Shown in pieces: positions 62,957-64,000 of a stretch of 64,000 bases of DNA. Source of the DNA: Eledone cirrhosa. Lineage: Eukaryota. Location: positions 620,001-684,000 of the forward strand of contig OZ024746.1 in assembly GCA_964016885.1 (NCBI GenBank), in the 5' to 3' direction. The position numbers and the translations under genes were made by a program. The notes under the pieces are model-generated. The model was not told the DNA's origin. It made no database searches and saw nothing but the letters and a program-made list of their open reading frames with translations. Numbering within the stretch: the stretch's first letter is position 1; each line of letters opens with the position of its first letter.

Positions 62957-63535
62957 TAAAATGGGAGGTTTTATTTCATAGAACCAGAGCTGGTTTTGGC
63001 TGGGTTGGTAACTAAAGGGTTAAAATAGGAGGTTTTATTTCATAGAACCAGAGCTGGTTTTGGTCAGCTTGGTAACTAAAGGGTTAAAATGGTTGGTTTT
63101 ATTTCATAGAACCAGAGCTGGTTTTGGTCAGCTTGGTAACTAAAGGGTTAAAATGGTTGGTTTTATTTCATAGAACCAGAGCTGGTTTTGGCTGGGTTGG
63201 TAACTAAAGGGTTAAAATAGGAGGTTTTATTTCATAGAACCAGAGCTGGTTTTGGTCAGCTTGGTAACTAAAGGGTTAAAATGGTTGGTTTTATTTCATA
63301 GAACCAGAGCTGGTTTTGGTCAGCTTGGTAACTAAAGGGTTAAAATGGTTGGTTTTATTTCATAGAACCAGAGCTGGTTTTGGCTGGGTTGGTAACTAAA
63401 GGGTTAAAATGGTTGGTTTTATTTCATAGAACCAGAGCTGGTTTTGGTCAGCTTGGTAACTAAAGGGTTAAAATGGTTGGTTTTATTTCATAGAACCAGA
63501 GCTAGTTTTGGCTGGGTTGGTAACTAAAGAGTTAA
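62957..63535. repeat. 64-bp minisatellite, ~9 copies, from a MITE terminus
   Basis: Unit tagaaccagagctggttttggctgggttggtaactaaagggttaaaatggttggttttatttca. Confidence 0.95.
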
Positions 63536-63550
63536 AAAATCCCCAATGTT

Positions 63551-63832
63551 TATCAATGCTGCATGCTATCAATGCTGCATGCTATCAATGCTGCATGCTA
63601 TCAATGCTGCATGCTATCAATGCTGCATGCTATCAATGCTGCATGCTATCAATGCTGCATGCTATCAATGCTGCATGCTATCAATGCTGCATGCTATCAA
63701 TGCTGCATGCTATCAATGCTGCATGCTATCAATGCTGCATGCTATCAATGCTGCATGCTATCAATGCTGCATGCTATCAATGCTGCATGCTATCAATGCT
63801 GCATGCTATCAATGCTGCATGCTATCAATGCT
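63551..63832. repeat. Perfect 16-bp minisatellite, ~17.5 copies
   Basis: Unit tatcaatgctgcatgc. Confidence 0.97.
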
Positions 63833-64000
63833 CCAGAATTATATTTAAAAAATATAATTCTAGAAACTTCTGCAAATGATAGAAAATACTTTAAGACAGG
63901 ATGACTATAAAAATCAACTTTATGATATGTGTATGTACCTGTAATTTCTGGTGTTGTAGGGGCGGTGTACAGCATTCATTGCCCACCCCATCTCTAAGTC

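Overview
Repeat-rich, AT-rich animal genomic DNA. The SINE/LINE families and (TA)n/(CAT)n tracts look like an octopus/coleoid cephalopod (inference). The window lies inside one minus-strand host gene, a galactose mutarotase/aldose 1-epimerase (GALM). Five GT-AG exons equivalent to human exons 2-6 join in frame; the first and last exons were not found. The introns contain RTE and CR1-type LINEs, tRNA-derived SINEs, a DD37D (maT) Tc1/mariner element, Helitron-like and piggyBac-like non-autonomous elements, many minisatellites, and Penelope-like elements (PLEs) of two endonuclease types. The most notable signal is a dense set of type I hammerhead ribozyme (HHR) motifs, folded by eye and not tested. 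Some are in PLE pseudo-LTRs. Two are in non-coding, circularly permuted ~440-nt and ~540-nt monomers that look like retrozymes. Others are in fold-back palindromes centred on the hammerhead stem II. Several carry unusual core variants (U3-A8 covariation, U4C, U4A, mismatched 10.1-11.1 pair, very long stem II). TE boundaries are approximate.
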